The notes under the pieces were generated by a model. The model searched no databases. It was not told the DNA's origin and saw only the letters and a program-made list of their open reading frames with translations. The translations under genes and the position numbers were made by a program. A DNA stretch of 64,000 bases, taken from NCBI GenBank assembly GCA_016180575.1, contig JACPAY010000006.1:10165-74164 (forward strand), given 5' to 3'. This document shows positions 31,233 to 39,655 of this stretch, one piece after another (the first letter of the stretch is position 1; each line of letters starts with the position of its first letter). This stretch comes from Candidatus Omnitrophota bacterium (GTDB lineage Bacteria > Omnitrophota > Gorgyraeia > Aquiviventales > Aquiviventaceae).

Positions 31233-32042
31233 TTACCACCGCCGCAGCGCCGCGCAGACAGCCAGGCTGACCCCGAACGCGCACACGACGGTGGCGCCGG
31301 TCGGCAGGTCCCAGACGTAGGAGCCCGTGACCCCGCCCACGCTGGTCAGGATCCCCACCGCCCAGCCCACGAGGAGCCGCTGGCCGACGGTGCGGGCGAG
31401 CAGCACCCCGCAGACGGCCGGCACAATGAGGAAGGAAAAGACGAGCAGCACGCCCGCCATCTCCACGGAGCTGGTCACCACGAAGCCGAAGGTCGCATAG
31501 AACAGGAAGTCCCACCACCGCACGCGCAGCCCGCGGGCGAACGCCCCCTCCGGGTCCTGCGAGATGGCCAGGAGCGGCCTGCGGGCCAGCCAATGGGCCA
31601 GCCCGATCACGCTATAGAGCAGCAAAATCTTGACGACCTCCGGCCACTCGACGAACAGGAGATGGCCGACGAGCAGCGCCTTCAGCTCCTCCCCGCCCTC
31701 CGCGGCGCGGCTCAGGACGAGGATCGAGGCCGCCGCGGCCACCGCGTAGACGACGCCGATGAGCGCCTCCTGCGGCACGACCGGCTTGCGCAGCCGGGTG
31801 AGGGCGAAGACGGCGGCGCCGAGCAGCGTGAAGGCCAGCGAGACGAAATACCCGGCGGTGGAGTGCAGCCCAAAGCCCCAGAGGAACCCCACCGTTGCCC
31901 CGAAGGCGGCGACCTGGGCCAGCGCGAGGTCCACGAAGATCACCCCGCGCTCAATGACGTGGAGCCCCAGGTACGCGTGGATCCCGGTCAGGATGAGGCA
32001 CGCGACGAAGGGCCGGGCCATCAGTTCCCAAAAGCCGGTCAT
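31233..32042 (-). CDS. metal (Zn/Mn-type) ABC transporter permease, ABC-3 family
   Basis: 269 aa polytopic membrane protein, ZnuB/MntB-like. Overlaps the stop of the upstream binding-protein gene. Confidence 0.8.
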   Translation of the reverse strand: MTGFWELMARPFVACLILTGIHAYLGLHVIERGVIFVDLALAQVAAFGATVGFLWGFGLHSTAGYFVSLAFTLLGAAVFALTRLRKPVVPQEALIGVVYAVAAAASILVLSRAAEGGEELKALLVGHLLFVEWPEVVKILLLYSVIGLAHWLARRPLLAISQDPEGAFARGLRVRWWDFLFYATFGFVVTSSVEMAGVLLVFSFLIVPAVCGVLLARTVGQRLLVGWAVGILTSVGGVTGSYVWDLPTGATVVCAFGVSLAVCAALRRW

Positions 32043-32959
32043 GGGCGCAGCGCCTCAACGAGCTGGTTCACGTTATAGTCCAGCATGGCGATGTAATCCG
32101 AGCACGCCGGTATTTCGCGGACGCTCTGGCACAGCAGCACGACCTTCGCCCCGGTGCGCTTGGCCAGCGATTCGGCGGCCCCCGGCGGAAAGTAGCCCGC
32201 CCGCACGATGGCGGGGATGCGCCGCTCCCTGATGTACTGCTCCAGGAACTCGATCTGCCGCGGGGTTGGCGGGATCCCGGGCTTCGGCTCGAGGTGCTGC
32301 TCCATCTGCAGGCCCAGAAAGCGCATCAGGTAGGGCCAGGCCCGATGGTCTCCAACGAGCTCCCGGCCGCGGTAGGGGGCCAGGCGGCTTTGCCACTCGG
32401 GGATCTTCTGGTCCAGGCGCGCCAGAAACGCCTGCAGATTGCGGCGGTAGTCGCCTGCATGCTCCGGATCGAGCGCGGAGAGTTTCTCCGCGATCGCCGT
32501 CGCCATCCGCTTGGCGTTCTCCGGATCGTGCCAGTAGTGGGGGTTCCCGTAGAGGTGGAGATCCCCCTGCGCGCGGCTTGCCCCGCGTCCCGGCACCTCC
32601 AGCAGCTCAAGGCCCTGCGAGAGGTCCAGCTCCCCGGGTCCGCCGGGAAAGAGCCTCGCATTGCCCGCCGCATCCAGCAGCGGCCCGCGCCACAGCTCGA
32701 GATCCAACCCGGCATCGATGAACAGATCCGCCCGCTTGACCTTGAGCACGTCGCTTGGTTTGGGCTCGATGAAGTGCGGGTTGAACTTCGGCGAGGCGAC
32801 CGCCGAGACCTCCACGCGGTCTCCCCCAACCGTCTTGGCGAGATCCGCGAAGGTCGACAGGGTGGCCGCGACCTTGACCGGTTTGGCGGCGGCGGCCGCC
32901 GGGAAGACGCCGACCGCGCCGCACATGCACGCAACGAGGATACTCAGACGTCGTCTCAT
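32039..32959 (-). CDS. metal ABC transporter substrate-binding protein (ZnuA/TroA-like)
   Basis: 306 aa with a signal peptide and cluster A-I SBP features (NPHFIEPKPSD, NPHYWHDP). AAGGAG Shine-Dalgarno upstream. Confidence 0.8.
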   Translation of the reverse strand: MRRRLSILVACMCGAVGVFPAAAAAKPVKVAATLSTFADLAKTVGGDRVEVSAVASPKFNPHFIEPKPSDVLKVKRADLFIDAGLDLELWRGPLLDAAGNARLFPGGPGELDLSQGLELLEVPGRGASRAQGDLHLYGNPHYWHDPENAKRMATAIAEKLSALDPEHAGDYRRNLQAFLARLDQKIPEWQSRLAPYRGRELVGDHRAWPYLMRFLGLQMEQHLEPKPGIPPTPRQIEFLEQYIRERRIPAIVRAGYFPPGAAESLAKRTGAKVVLLCQSVREIPACSDYIAMLDYNVNQLVEALRP

Positions 32960-32986
32960 GGATCGATCTCCTTCGGTGGCGATTCG

Positions 32987-34291
32987 TCACTGCAACGGAT
33001 GCCGGTCCACCCCGATGATGAACGTGCCTTGCGCGAAGACCGTATTGTCATCGCCGCCCAGAGCGAAGTTCGTGTGGCGGTACTGCAGGCGCCACCGCGC
33101 GAACTCGCTCTGGTAGAGCGTCACGTAGCCCGACCAGGCGGTATCGGCGTGCCGGACGAGGTGCAGCGGGTCAATGTCCACCGGCTCCACGTAGTCCAAC
33201 CGCCCCCCGACGCCGAGCCGCGGGCTGAGCCGGTAATCCAGGAGCGAGTAGAACCCCCAGGGGTTGTCGTGGAAGTTCGTCCGCGTCCCGTCCTCCGCGA
33301 TGCTGAACGCCTCGTCCCGGTCCTGGAGGTACAGCTCGTTCTGCCACTTGACCTTGTTCGTGGGCGTCGCGTAGTGGACGAACGTGGCATCCAGCCCAAG
33401 CGCGTTCACCTCGAAGCGGGCATCGTCATCCCTGGATCCCACGAGATAGGTCGCACCGAGTTCCGCGTTGGTGGTGTCCGAGATGTCCCAGAAGTTCTTC
33501 AGGTGGGCGTAGAACGACGGCCGCCGCAGGGTCTCGCCGAACAGCGCGCCGCCCTCTCCCACGCCGCCCTCCATGGTGCCGACGGCCAGCTCATGGGTCA
33601 CCGCCGTCCACGGGACCGGGAGAAACCCGTTGAGCTCCAGCCCCGTGCGGAAGAGCCCCTCATTGCCGAGATAGCGCTGGACGACCAGGGGGTAGTCCAC
33701 CGTGTCCAGCCGCTCGCCGTGGGTGGTCGTCGCCTTGCCGATCGTCGGCCGCATGCGCCCCAGCCTGGCCCGGAGCTCCCCCGGCAGGTCGTAGCGCGTC
33801 AGGTAGGCCTCTTCAAGCGCGGCCGCTTCGAAGTCGGAAAACGTCGCCGTCACATCGAGGCGGGAGTACGGGTCGACCGGGTGCGCGAACACCAGCTCGA
33901 CCTCCCTTGCGCTGAGCTTGTCGTTGCCTTCGCCGTCCGCTGAGCTCTCGGAGAGCTGCCCCACCACGTCAGCCACCACGCCGATCTCGGGGTTGAAGGC
34001 CGACAGGTTTCCGCCTGAGATTTGGCTCGCGAGCGCGCCGACCGACGGCGCGCCTGCCTGCGCCGCGGACGTAGGCGGCTGGACGGTCGCAGGCTCCGGC
34101 TGGGGGCCGGTCTGCTCGAGCTGCGCGATCCGCTGCTGCTGCGCATGGACCGTGCCCTGCAACTCTTCAACCAGCTGGCCCAGCCGCTGCACGGATTGAT
34201 GCAGTTGGGCGACCTGCTGTTCGGACACTTCCGCCCAGCCCGCCTGGGCAAAGCCGACGCACGCGATGAGGAAGATGATGAGCGATGACAT
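32987..34291 (-). CDS. putative outer-membrane beta-barrel protein with N-terminal coiled coil
   Basis: 434 aa. Signal peptide, Gln-rich coiled coil, alternating beta-strand pattern, C-terminal aromatic-rich end. GGAGG Shine-Dalgarno. Family not recognised. Confidence 0.5.
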   Translation of the reverse strand: MSSLIIFLIACVGFAQAGWAEVSEQQVAQLHQSVQRLGQLVEELQGTVHAQQQRIAQLEQTGPQPEPATVQPPTSAAQAGAPSVGALASQISGGNLSAFNPEIGVVADVVGQLSESSADGEGNDKLSAREVELVFAHPVDPYSRLDVTATFSDFEAAALEEAYLTRYDLPGELRARLGRMRPTIGKATTTHGERLDTVDYPLVVQRYLGNEGLFRTGLELNGFLPVPWTAVTHELAVGTMEGGVGEGGALFGETLRRPSFYAHLKNFWDISDTTNAELGATYLVGSRDDDARFEVNALGLDATFVHYATPTNKVKWQNELYLQDRDEAFSIAEDGTRTNFHDNPWGFYSLLDYRLSPRLGVGGRLDYVEPVDIDPLHLVRHADTAWSGYVTLYQSEFARWRLQYRHTNFALGGDDNTVFAQGTFIIGVDRHPLQ

Positions 34292-34359
34292 TGGTGCCTC
34301 CTAGAGAGCGCGGCGCTGCCAAAGCGGCAGCGGCGCGCGGGTGTCGTGTGCGACGAACC

Positions 34360-34656
34360 CTAGAAGGCTGCGGGAGGGGCGCGGGAGGAAGGGCGAGCGG
34401 TGACGAGGAGAAGAGGAGCGGCGTCAGGAACGAGCGGATTGGCAGCCACCCAACCGTGCGGGAGCGGCGCGATCGCAACTGACGGCCGATCCGCTGAAAA
34501 GCCGTCCTGGATCTTGCACGCCCGGCATTGATGGGCGGGGTGGGAAACGGACGAGGGGTCGTGCTGGTGGGGAACGGCGACCGCCAGCGCAAACGCGAGG
34601 GCGCATGCGCCGAGCATGAGGGTGCGGATGCGTTGAGCGATCAGTCGCTGCTTCAT
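34360..34656 (-). CDS. small secreted His/Cys-containing protein (hypothetical)
   Basis: 98 aa with a signal peptide, then HQHDPSSVSHPAHQCRAC. Upstream of the metal-uptake genes. Coding status uncertain. Confidence 0.35.
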   Translation of the reverse strand: MKQRLIAQRIRTLMLGACALAFALAVAVPHQHDPSSVSHPAHQCRACKIQDGFSADRPSVAIAPLPHGWVAANPLVPDAAPLLLVTARPSSRAPPAAF

Positions 34657-34679
34657 CTGTAACGAAATATTATAGCGGC

Positions 34680-35357
34680 TTATTGCGCCCGGGTGTAGCG
34701 GATCTCCATTGACTTAAATTCGCGGCCTTCCGGGGTGCGGGAGTAGCTCTCGTAGGTGGTGTGGTCCGAGTCCGACACCGTCCATGCCGTCCGGTACCAC
34801 CGGTGCGTCTCACCGGTGACGGGGCAGCTGAAACTCCCCTCGTCGGCGAGCGTCTTGGTCGAGGCGTCGAACTGGCCGGTGCCCGTCATCATTCCGGTCA
34901 TCATGTTGTCGAACCAGACCGTCTGATACTCCTTGCGGATATTGTCGTAGCCGATGAAGCCAGTGCCCTCAAATGGCGGGTGGCCTTCCTCCATCGGTTG
35001 GCCATTGACCTCTTGCTTCAGGAAGCGGCCGCCGAAGATCAGCGTGTTGACGGCGGTCCCCGTCATGGACTCGGGCGCCTCATCGGGGGACATCCAGAAC
35101 TGCGCCGCGTAGCCCCAGGTGCCGGCGAGCGGCTCAAGCGCCTTGTGGCCTTCGCTTGGGCTGCCGAACTTCTGCATCGCCTCCATCATCGCCTGCTTCG
35201 CATCCGGCACCGCCGGCTTGGCGGTCGTCCCCTGCTCCGCCTGCGCCAGTCCGGTGCCCATCGCAAGCATCCACGCGCCTGCAACCACTGACCATCCCGC
35301 TGTTCGCATCTGCCGTCTCCTTGTGCTGTGCTGCGCCATCATAGACGTTACAACCAA
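34680..35357 (-). CDS. DUF1579-family secreted protein
   Basis: 225-aa ORF with a signal peptide. Matches my recollection of DUF1579 (FGGRFLKQEVNG, GFIGYDNIRKEYQTVWFDNM). The start is probably the ATG near 35342. Confidence 0.65.
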   Translation of the reverse strand: MVVTSMMAQHSTRRRQMRTAGWSVVAGAWMLAMGTGLAQAEQGTTAKPAVPDAKQAMMEAMQKFGSPSEGHKALEPLAGTWGYAAQFWMSPDEAPESMTGTAVNTLIFGGRFLKQEVNGQPMEEGHPPFEGTGFIGYDNIRKEYQTVWFDNMMTGMMTGTGQFDASTKTLADEGSFSCPVTGETHRWYRTAWTVSDSDHTTYESYSRTPEGREFKSMEIRYTRAQ

Positions 35358-35803
35358 TACTGACGATACTCGGGGCTCAAGAGCTGACGAACGAGCTTTT
35401 CCTCTAAGAACTCAGGGAGTTCTTCAATACTGCGCAAATCATACTCATCGTTTTCAACATCATATAACCACAATCGGTAAGCATCCCTTGGTTCGCCTTC
35501 AACCGCGATGACTGCCCAAACACCACCGAAGCTATTGGGGGAGACACCGACCACAAGAAATTTCTTGGTGTACAGACCAATGAACTTTTCTCCGTCAAGA
35601 ACACCCAAGTGGCATTCAGGACATGTGTCATGAATACGAATCGTGCGATCAAAGTTTCTCCGAATCTCGGCAGGAATGGGTGTCGTGTAGATCTCTTGCA
35701 ACTCCGTGACCCCGTCACCAAAAGTTGAGGGACAACACGCAAGCAGCGCAACCAGCAATAATAGCTTGCGGGGTTGCAAGCGATACATGGCTTTTAATCG
35801 CAT
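35348..35803 (-). CDS. hypothetical lipoprotein (candidate immunity partner)
   Basis: 151 aa. Signal peptide with a lipobox-like LLAC(C). Lower GC. Overlaps the upstream transglycosylase gene by 10 nt. Confidence 0.5.
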   Translation of the reverse strand: MRLKAMYRLQPRKLLLLVALLACCPSTFGDGVTELQEIYTTPIPAEIRRNFDRTIRIHDTCPECHLGVLDGEKFIGLYTKKFLVVGVSPNSFGGVWAVIAVEGEPRDAYRLWLYDVENDEYDLRSIEELPEFLEEKLVRQLLSPEYRQYWL

Positions 35804-36492
35804 ATAAATACGGGCCTGTCGTCAATCGTCACCCAGTGCCCTTCCGTGCAGCGATATTCTCCTTTCCTTGGCGGTTCCTTGTGTTTGATGGTCTTGTCGG
35901 CCGGTGACTTTGCTGCGAATTCAGCTTGGTAGGAGAGAACGCGTTCAACGTATTGTCTGATCTCGTCGGCCTTAGATAGGCTGGTGTCCTCCGATTCAAG
36001 AAACTTTTCCACGTTCATCCATAAGATAGGATCTGTTCCGGCCTGCTTGGCGCGTTGTTGAGCATCAGCGATGCGCCTTGGGCCGCCGTTGTAAGCTGCG
36101 AGGGCGAACTTTTGCCGCTCTACGGCATTCTTTACACCAATAATCGTTTTTGCGTCTTCACTAAACCTGTTGTCAAGATCTTTGAGGTATCTTGCCGCCG
36201 CGGAAGAGGCGTACTCAATGTCAAACCGTTGATCGTTATTCTTCGAAGTGTTTAAACCGTACTCTCTCGCGGTATCCGGCTTGAAGTGAAAGTGGCCGGC
36301 GGGAACAGTGGAACCACGCTCTCTCAACATGGTACCGAAGCTGCTCTCACGCCCATACACAGCCTCGAGCGTATTTACCGTCAGGTCATCGTTCGCGTCA
36401 AAATACCTCGAGGCGCTTTCCAGCGCTTTGCGCACCCGAGGGGTTTCCCGCTCAAGCCATTGATCCACGTTGGACGGCTGTTTCTCTGCCAT
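35794..36492 (-). CDS. lytic transglycosylase (SLT-domain) without signal peptide
   Basis: 232 aa. Catalytic E-S context (YGRESSFG) and AYNGGP motif. No N-terminal signal. Lower GC than neighbours. Confidence 0.7.
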   Translation of the reverse strand: MAEKQPSNVDQWLERETPRVRKALESASRYFDANDDLTVNTLEAVYGRESSFGTMLRERGSTVPAGHFHFKPDTAREYGLNTSKNNDQRFDIEYASSAAARYLKDLDNRFSEDAKTIIGVKNAVERQKFALAAYNGGPRRIADAQQRAKQAGTDPILWMNVEKFLESEDTSLSKADEIRQYVERVLSYQAEFAAKSPADKTIKHKEPPRKGEYRCTEGHWVTIDDRPVFICD

Positions 36493-36523
36493 CCCTGGTT
36501 TCCCCTACCGCATCACGAAAGAA

Positions 36524-36600
36524 TGGTCGGGGCGCTGGGATTTGAACCCAGGACCTCCTGGTCCCGAACCAGGCGCTCTACCAAACTGAGCCACGCCCCG
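36524..36600 (-). tRNA. tRNA-Pro (anticodon CGG), CCA encoded
   Basis: Hand-folded cloverleaf. Acceptor CGGGGCG/CGCCCCG, D arm GCTC/GAGC, anticodon stem CCTGG/CCAGG with loop TTCGGGA, T arm CTGGG-TTCAAAT-CCCAG, then ACCA. Confidence 0.9.
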
Positions 36601-36611
36601 TTATCGCATAG

Positions 36612-36800
36612 CTATTGACGTATCAGGCGGTCGGCGGACACCCTCACGACCTTGCCGGCGCGCCAGAGGGCAACGGGTTGGCCGAGCCGTTTATGCTCTT
36701 CGAGGACCCGCCGGAAAGCCCGTCTCATGGCCTTTTCAGCCTTCACGGATAATGAGGCTCCGTTGCCCTTTTTGTTTTTGATAGCTATGACTACCCTCAC
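36612..36800 (-). CDS. small hypothetical protein, third gene of the mazEF unit
   Basis: GTG at 36800, 5 nt after the mazF stop. 62 aa ending ...AMRRAFRRVLEEHKRLGQPVALWRAGKVVRVSADRLIRQ. The ORF-track start (36860) overlaps mazF and was rejected. Confidence 0.4.
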   Translation of the reverse strand: MRVVIAIKNKKGNGASLSVKAEKAMRRAFRRVLEEHKRLGQPVALWRAGKVVRVSADRLIRQ

Positions 36801-36804
36801 TAAT

Positions 36805-37164
36805 TCAGAGGATCGCTGATTCAACGATGAGGGGTGCCAGTTTCCGCAGCACCTCAGCAAGTGTCACCGTTGGCGCCGCGCAACAAAAACGAGCTCTCCT
36901 CGCCTTCCAATCCAGACTCTTGACTTGGTCCGCTAACACGACTCCCGATACCTCTAACCCTTTAGGAATGGGCACCTCAAACGGATAGCCTTTGACTTGG
37001 GTCGTAATGGGACAAACGAGCGCAAGTCCAACCTTCTTATTGTATAGTTCTGGAGACAAGATCAGGGCGGGTCGATGGCCAGCCTGCTCATGCCCTGCTT
37101 GAGGGGTAAATATCAGCCACACAATATCGCCTCGCTTGGGGTAATACGGGCCAGACATTACCAC
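36805..37164 (-). CDS. mazF: MazF/PemK-family endoribonuclease toxin
   Basis: 119 aa (PKRGDIVWLIFTPQAGHEQAGHRPALILSP, VCPITT). Confidence 0.85.
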   Translation of the reverse strand: MVMSGPYYPKRGDIVWLIFTPQAGHEQAGHRPALILSPELYNKKVGLALVCPITTQVKGYPFEVPIPKGLEVSGVVLADQVKSLDWKARRARFCCAAPTVTLAEVLRKLAPLIVESAIL

Positions 37165-37415
37165 GCTTCCTGTCCCACCCGCCCTCCCCAGTCAAGTTCC
37201 GTGTGACGATTGCCCTTTGTCACCCCTCGGAGTAATTGCGTCAAGGTATAGTGCTGGCGCCGTGTTGGCTTCACTACGATCTTACCTGCGATCAGCGCAA
37301 TATCCACCACCGACCCCTGGCGGAGATGGATATCCCTTGCCACCGACCGGGGAATCCGCAAGGCCAGGCTATTGCCCCACTTTTGGACCATCGTGTTCAT
37401 GTCATTCCTCCTCAC
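37158..37415 (-). CDS. mazE: MazE/AbrB-type antitoxin
   Basis: SpoVT/AbrB fold signature (VQKWGNSLALRIPRSVA). Overlaps the mazF start by 7 nt. GTG at 37415, or an ATG 5 codons in. Confidence 0.8.
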   Translation of the reverse strand: MRRNDMNTMVQKWGNSLALRIPRSVARDIHLRQGSVVDIALIAGKIVVKPTRRQHYTLTQLLRGVTKGNRHTELDWGGRVGQEAW

Positions 37416-37424
37416 GTAGTGTAT

Positions 37425-37913
37425 CTACAATGAGTATACATATCTTGCCAACCCATTGCAAACTTTAGCGGCGGGGCTATCCGGTGCTGTCTCAATTTGG
37501 CGGGTCCTGCCGCGCCGCCACCCCGTCGGCTGTCCTCGGCCTTCGCCTGCGGGCAGGCGACGGGGTCCCCGGCTCTGCGTCAGGAAGATGAAACAGAGCA
37601 GCACGGCGGGCTCGCCGTGATTCTGAATGGGCCAGAACCCTTTGGGCTGATGGAACTGAAAGTAGGCCACCGCCATTTCCCCTGACAGCACGAAGGCGAT
37701 GGGCCGCGTGAAGAGCCCCAGCATCACCGCGGCACCGCCGTAGAACTCGAGCGCCCCCCCGATCCACGTCTGCGACAGGAACGAGGGGTGGCCGCCGAAC
37801 TCGGACGGGATGCCGCCGAACCAATCGAACAGCTTCATGCCTCCGGCCTGGAGGAACAAGAGGCCCGCGACGATGCGGAGCAGGAAGTGCGTGACCTGTC
37901 TGGCCCGGTCCAT
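37425..37913 (-). CDS. DoxX-family membrane protein with repeat-derived C-terminal tail
   Basis: The first ~113 aa are DoxX-like (LRIVAGLLFLQAGGMKLF...). The last ~50 aa are encoded by the GC-rich repeat and the sequence beyond it. Confidence 0.75.
   Translation of the reverse strand: MDRARQVTHFLLRIVAGLLFLQAGGMKLFDWFGGIPSEFGGHPSFLSQTWIGGALEFYGGAAVMLGLFTRPIAFVLSGEMAVAYFQFHQPKGFWPIQNHGEPAVLLCFIFLTQSRGPRRLPAGEGRGQPTGWRRGRTRQIETAPDSPAAKVCNGLARYVYSL
37483..37582. repeat. GC-rich long-hairpin repeat, copy 1 (left TIR only)
   Basis: GGTGCTGTCTCAATTTGGCGGGTCCTGCCGCGCCGCCACCCCGTCGGCTGTCCTC-ggccttcgcc-TGCGGGCAGGCGACGGGGTCCCCGGCTCTGCGTCA. Aligns with copies at 44911, 53120 and 63652. Confidence 0.9.
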
Positions 37914-37916
37914 TCG

Positions 37917-38525
37917 CTATCCCTCCCTGTGGTTGCGGAACCTGAGGAACTGGTGGACGAGCTTGGCAAAGTGGTCCAGCTCGAGGTTGACGCGGTCCCC
38001 GGCCTGCGCAGCACCCAGTGTCGTGAGCCGCAGCGTCTCCGGGATGAGGTGGATGCTGAATGTCGAGGCGGTCGGTGAGCCGCCCACGGTGAGGCTGACC
38101 CCGTCCACCGCCACCGGTCCTTTGGGCACGAGGAACTTCCGCAGCGCGGGCGGGACCCGGATGTCGAGGGCAAGCTCGCCTGGCCGCTGGCGCCGCCTGA
38201 CGACGGTGCCCACGCCGTCCACGTGGCCGAACAGGATGTGGCCGCCCAGCCGGTCGGACACCGAGAGGCTTGGCTCCAGGTGGACGCGCGACCCGGCGCG
38301 CAGCGACCCCAGCGACGTCAGCCGCAGCGTCTCCGGGATGGCCTCGAACACAAGCGTTCCCGGCCGGAGGTCGATGACGCTGAGGCACACGCCATGGACC
38401 GCCACGCTCTCCGCCCGCCGCACGCGCGAGGCGGTGTTCGGCGCCTGGATGGCGAGGCGCACCAGCCCCTTGCGCCGCGAAAGGTCCGCGACCGTGCCCA
38501 GTTCCTGGACGATGCCGGTGAACAT
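37917..38525 (-). CDS. ribE: riboflavin synthase (alpha chain)
   Basis: ATG at 38525 (MFTGIVQELGTV...). Two lumazine-binding repeats. Start overlaps the ribD stop by 1 nt. Confidence 0.9.
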   Translation of the reverse strand: MFTGIVQELGTVADLSRRKGLVRLAIQAPNTASRVRRAESVAVHGVCLSVIDLRPGTLVFEAIPETLRLTSLGSLRAGSRVHLEPSLSVSDRLGGHILFGHVDGVGTVVRRRQRPGELALDIRVPPALRKFLVPKGPVAVDGVSLTVGGSPTASTFSIHLIPETLRLTTLGAAQAGDRVNLELDHFAKLVHQFLRFRNHREG

Positions 38526-39655
38526 CAATGTCTCGGGTACACGACGCGCGCCTCGACGCACAGGTCCGGCCCGGCGCGGCGGTACGTGATGTCGGCCAAT
38601 CGGACCGCCTGCGAGAGGCGCCTGGCCCCTACGCCGCCGAGCGAGCCGGGCGCCTGGCGGCCGCCGATGAGGAGGGGCGCGATGAAGAAGACGATGCGAT
38701 CAACCAGCCGCTCCGCGAATGCGCTGGCCAATACCTCTCCGCCCCCCTCGATGAGGACCGACTGGACGCCCCGCCGCGCAAGCTGCCGGCAGAGGCGCCG
38801 GAGCGGCACGCGCCCCCGGCGGGGTGGCAGCGTGAGCACTTCCGCGCCGCGCCGCCGCAATGATGCCCGCTTGCGCCCTGCGCGCACCGTGGTGGCGATC
38901 AGCGTCGGCGCGTGCGGCTGGGCCGAGAGGCATTTGGCGCGCAACGGGATGCGCAGGCGGCTGTCCACGATGACCTTGAGCGGCCGGTCGAGCCGGCGCG
39001 GCACCCCCCGCGCCGTGAGCCGTGGATCGTCCCGCAGGACGGTGTTGACGCCGACGAGGATGGCGTCCACGCGGCTGCGCCACTGGTGGGCGAGGCGCCT
39101 CGCGGCCGGGGAGGTGATCCAGCGCGATTCGCCGCGCGCGGTGGCGATCTTCCCGTCGAGGCTCTGGCCGACCTTGGCGATCACCAGGGGCATGCGGGAG
39201 CGCATGGCTTTCCAGAACGGCTCGTTGAGCCGCCGGGCCTCCTGCTCAAGGACGCCGGCGACGACCCGGACACCCGAGCGCCGAAGGCGCGCGAGACCGC
39301 GGCCGTTGGTGATGGGGTTGGGGTCCTTGGCCGCGATCACGACCCGCGAGACGCCCGCCGTGAGGATGGCGTCGCAGCAGGGCGGGGTGCGGCCGGTGTG
39401 GTTGCACGGCTCGAGCGTCACGTACAGCGTCGAGCCGCGGGCGCGGGCGCCGGCGCGGCGCAGCGCCTCGACCTCGGCATGCGGCAAGCCGGCGCGCCGG
39501 TGGTAGCCCTGCCCGATGACGCGCCCGCCCTTGACGACCACCGCGCCGACCGCCGGGTTGGGCGAGGTGCGCCCGAGCGCCCGGCCCGCCAGACGCAGGG
39601 CCAGGCGCATGCGCCGCTCATGGGCCGGGCCTAGCGAACCGTTGCGGCTTGCCAT
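38525..39655 (-). CDS. ribD: bifunctional riboflavin biosynthesis deaminase/reductase
   Basis: 376 aa. CMP/dCMP deaminase zinc motif (HAEVEAL...PCNHTGRTPPC) plus a RibD C-terminal reductase domain. Confidence 0.9.
   Translation of the reverse strand: MASRNGSLGPAHERRMRLALRLAGRALGRTSPNPAVGAVVVKGGRVIGQGYHRRAGLPHAEVEALRRAGARARGSTLYVTLEPCNHTGRTPPCCDAILTAGVSRVVIAAKDPNPITNGRGLARLRRSGVRVVAGVLEQEARRLNEPFWKAMRSRMPLVIAKVGQSLDGKIATARGESRWITSPAARRLAHQWRSRVDAILVGVNTVLRDDPRLTARGVPRRLDRPLKVIVDSRLRIPLRAKCLSAQPHAPTLIATTVRAGRKRASLRRRGAEVLTLPPRRGRVPLRRLCRQLARRGVQSVLIEGGGEVLASAFAERLVDRIVFFIAPLLIGGRQAPGSLGGVGARRLSQAVRLADITYRRAGPDLCVEARVVYPRH

Noticed and set aside
34292-34359. A GC-rich stem (GCTGCC/GGCAGC) between the small His-rich ORF and the porin-like gene, considered as a terminator.
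   Set aside because: The stem is short and imperfect with no U-run. It lies within an apparent operon and is followed by a good Shine-Dalgarno.
35340-37425. A classical integrase-mediated genomic island at tRNA-Pro.
   Set aside because: No integrase gene was found. I found no duplicated copy of the tRNA 3' end at either edge of the lower-GC segment. The segment is reported only as a compositional islet.
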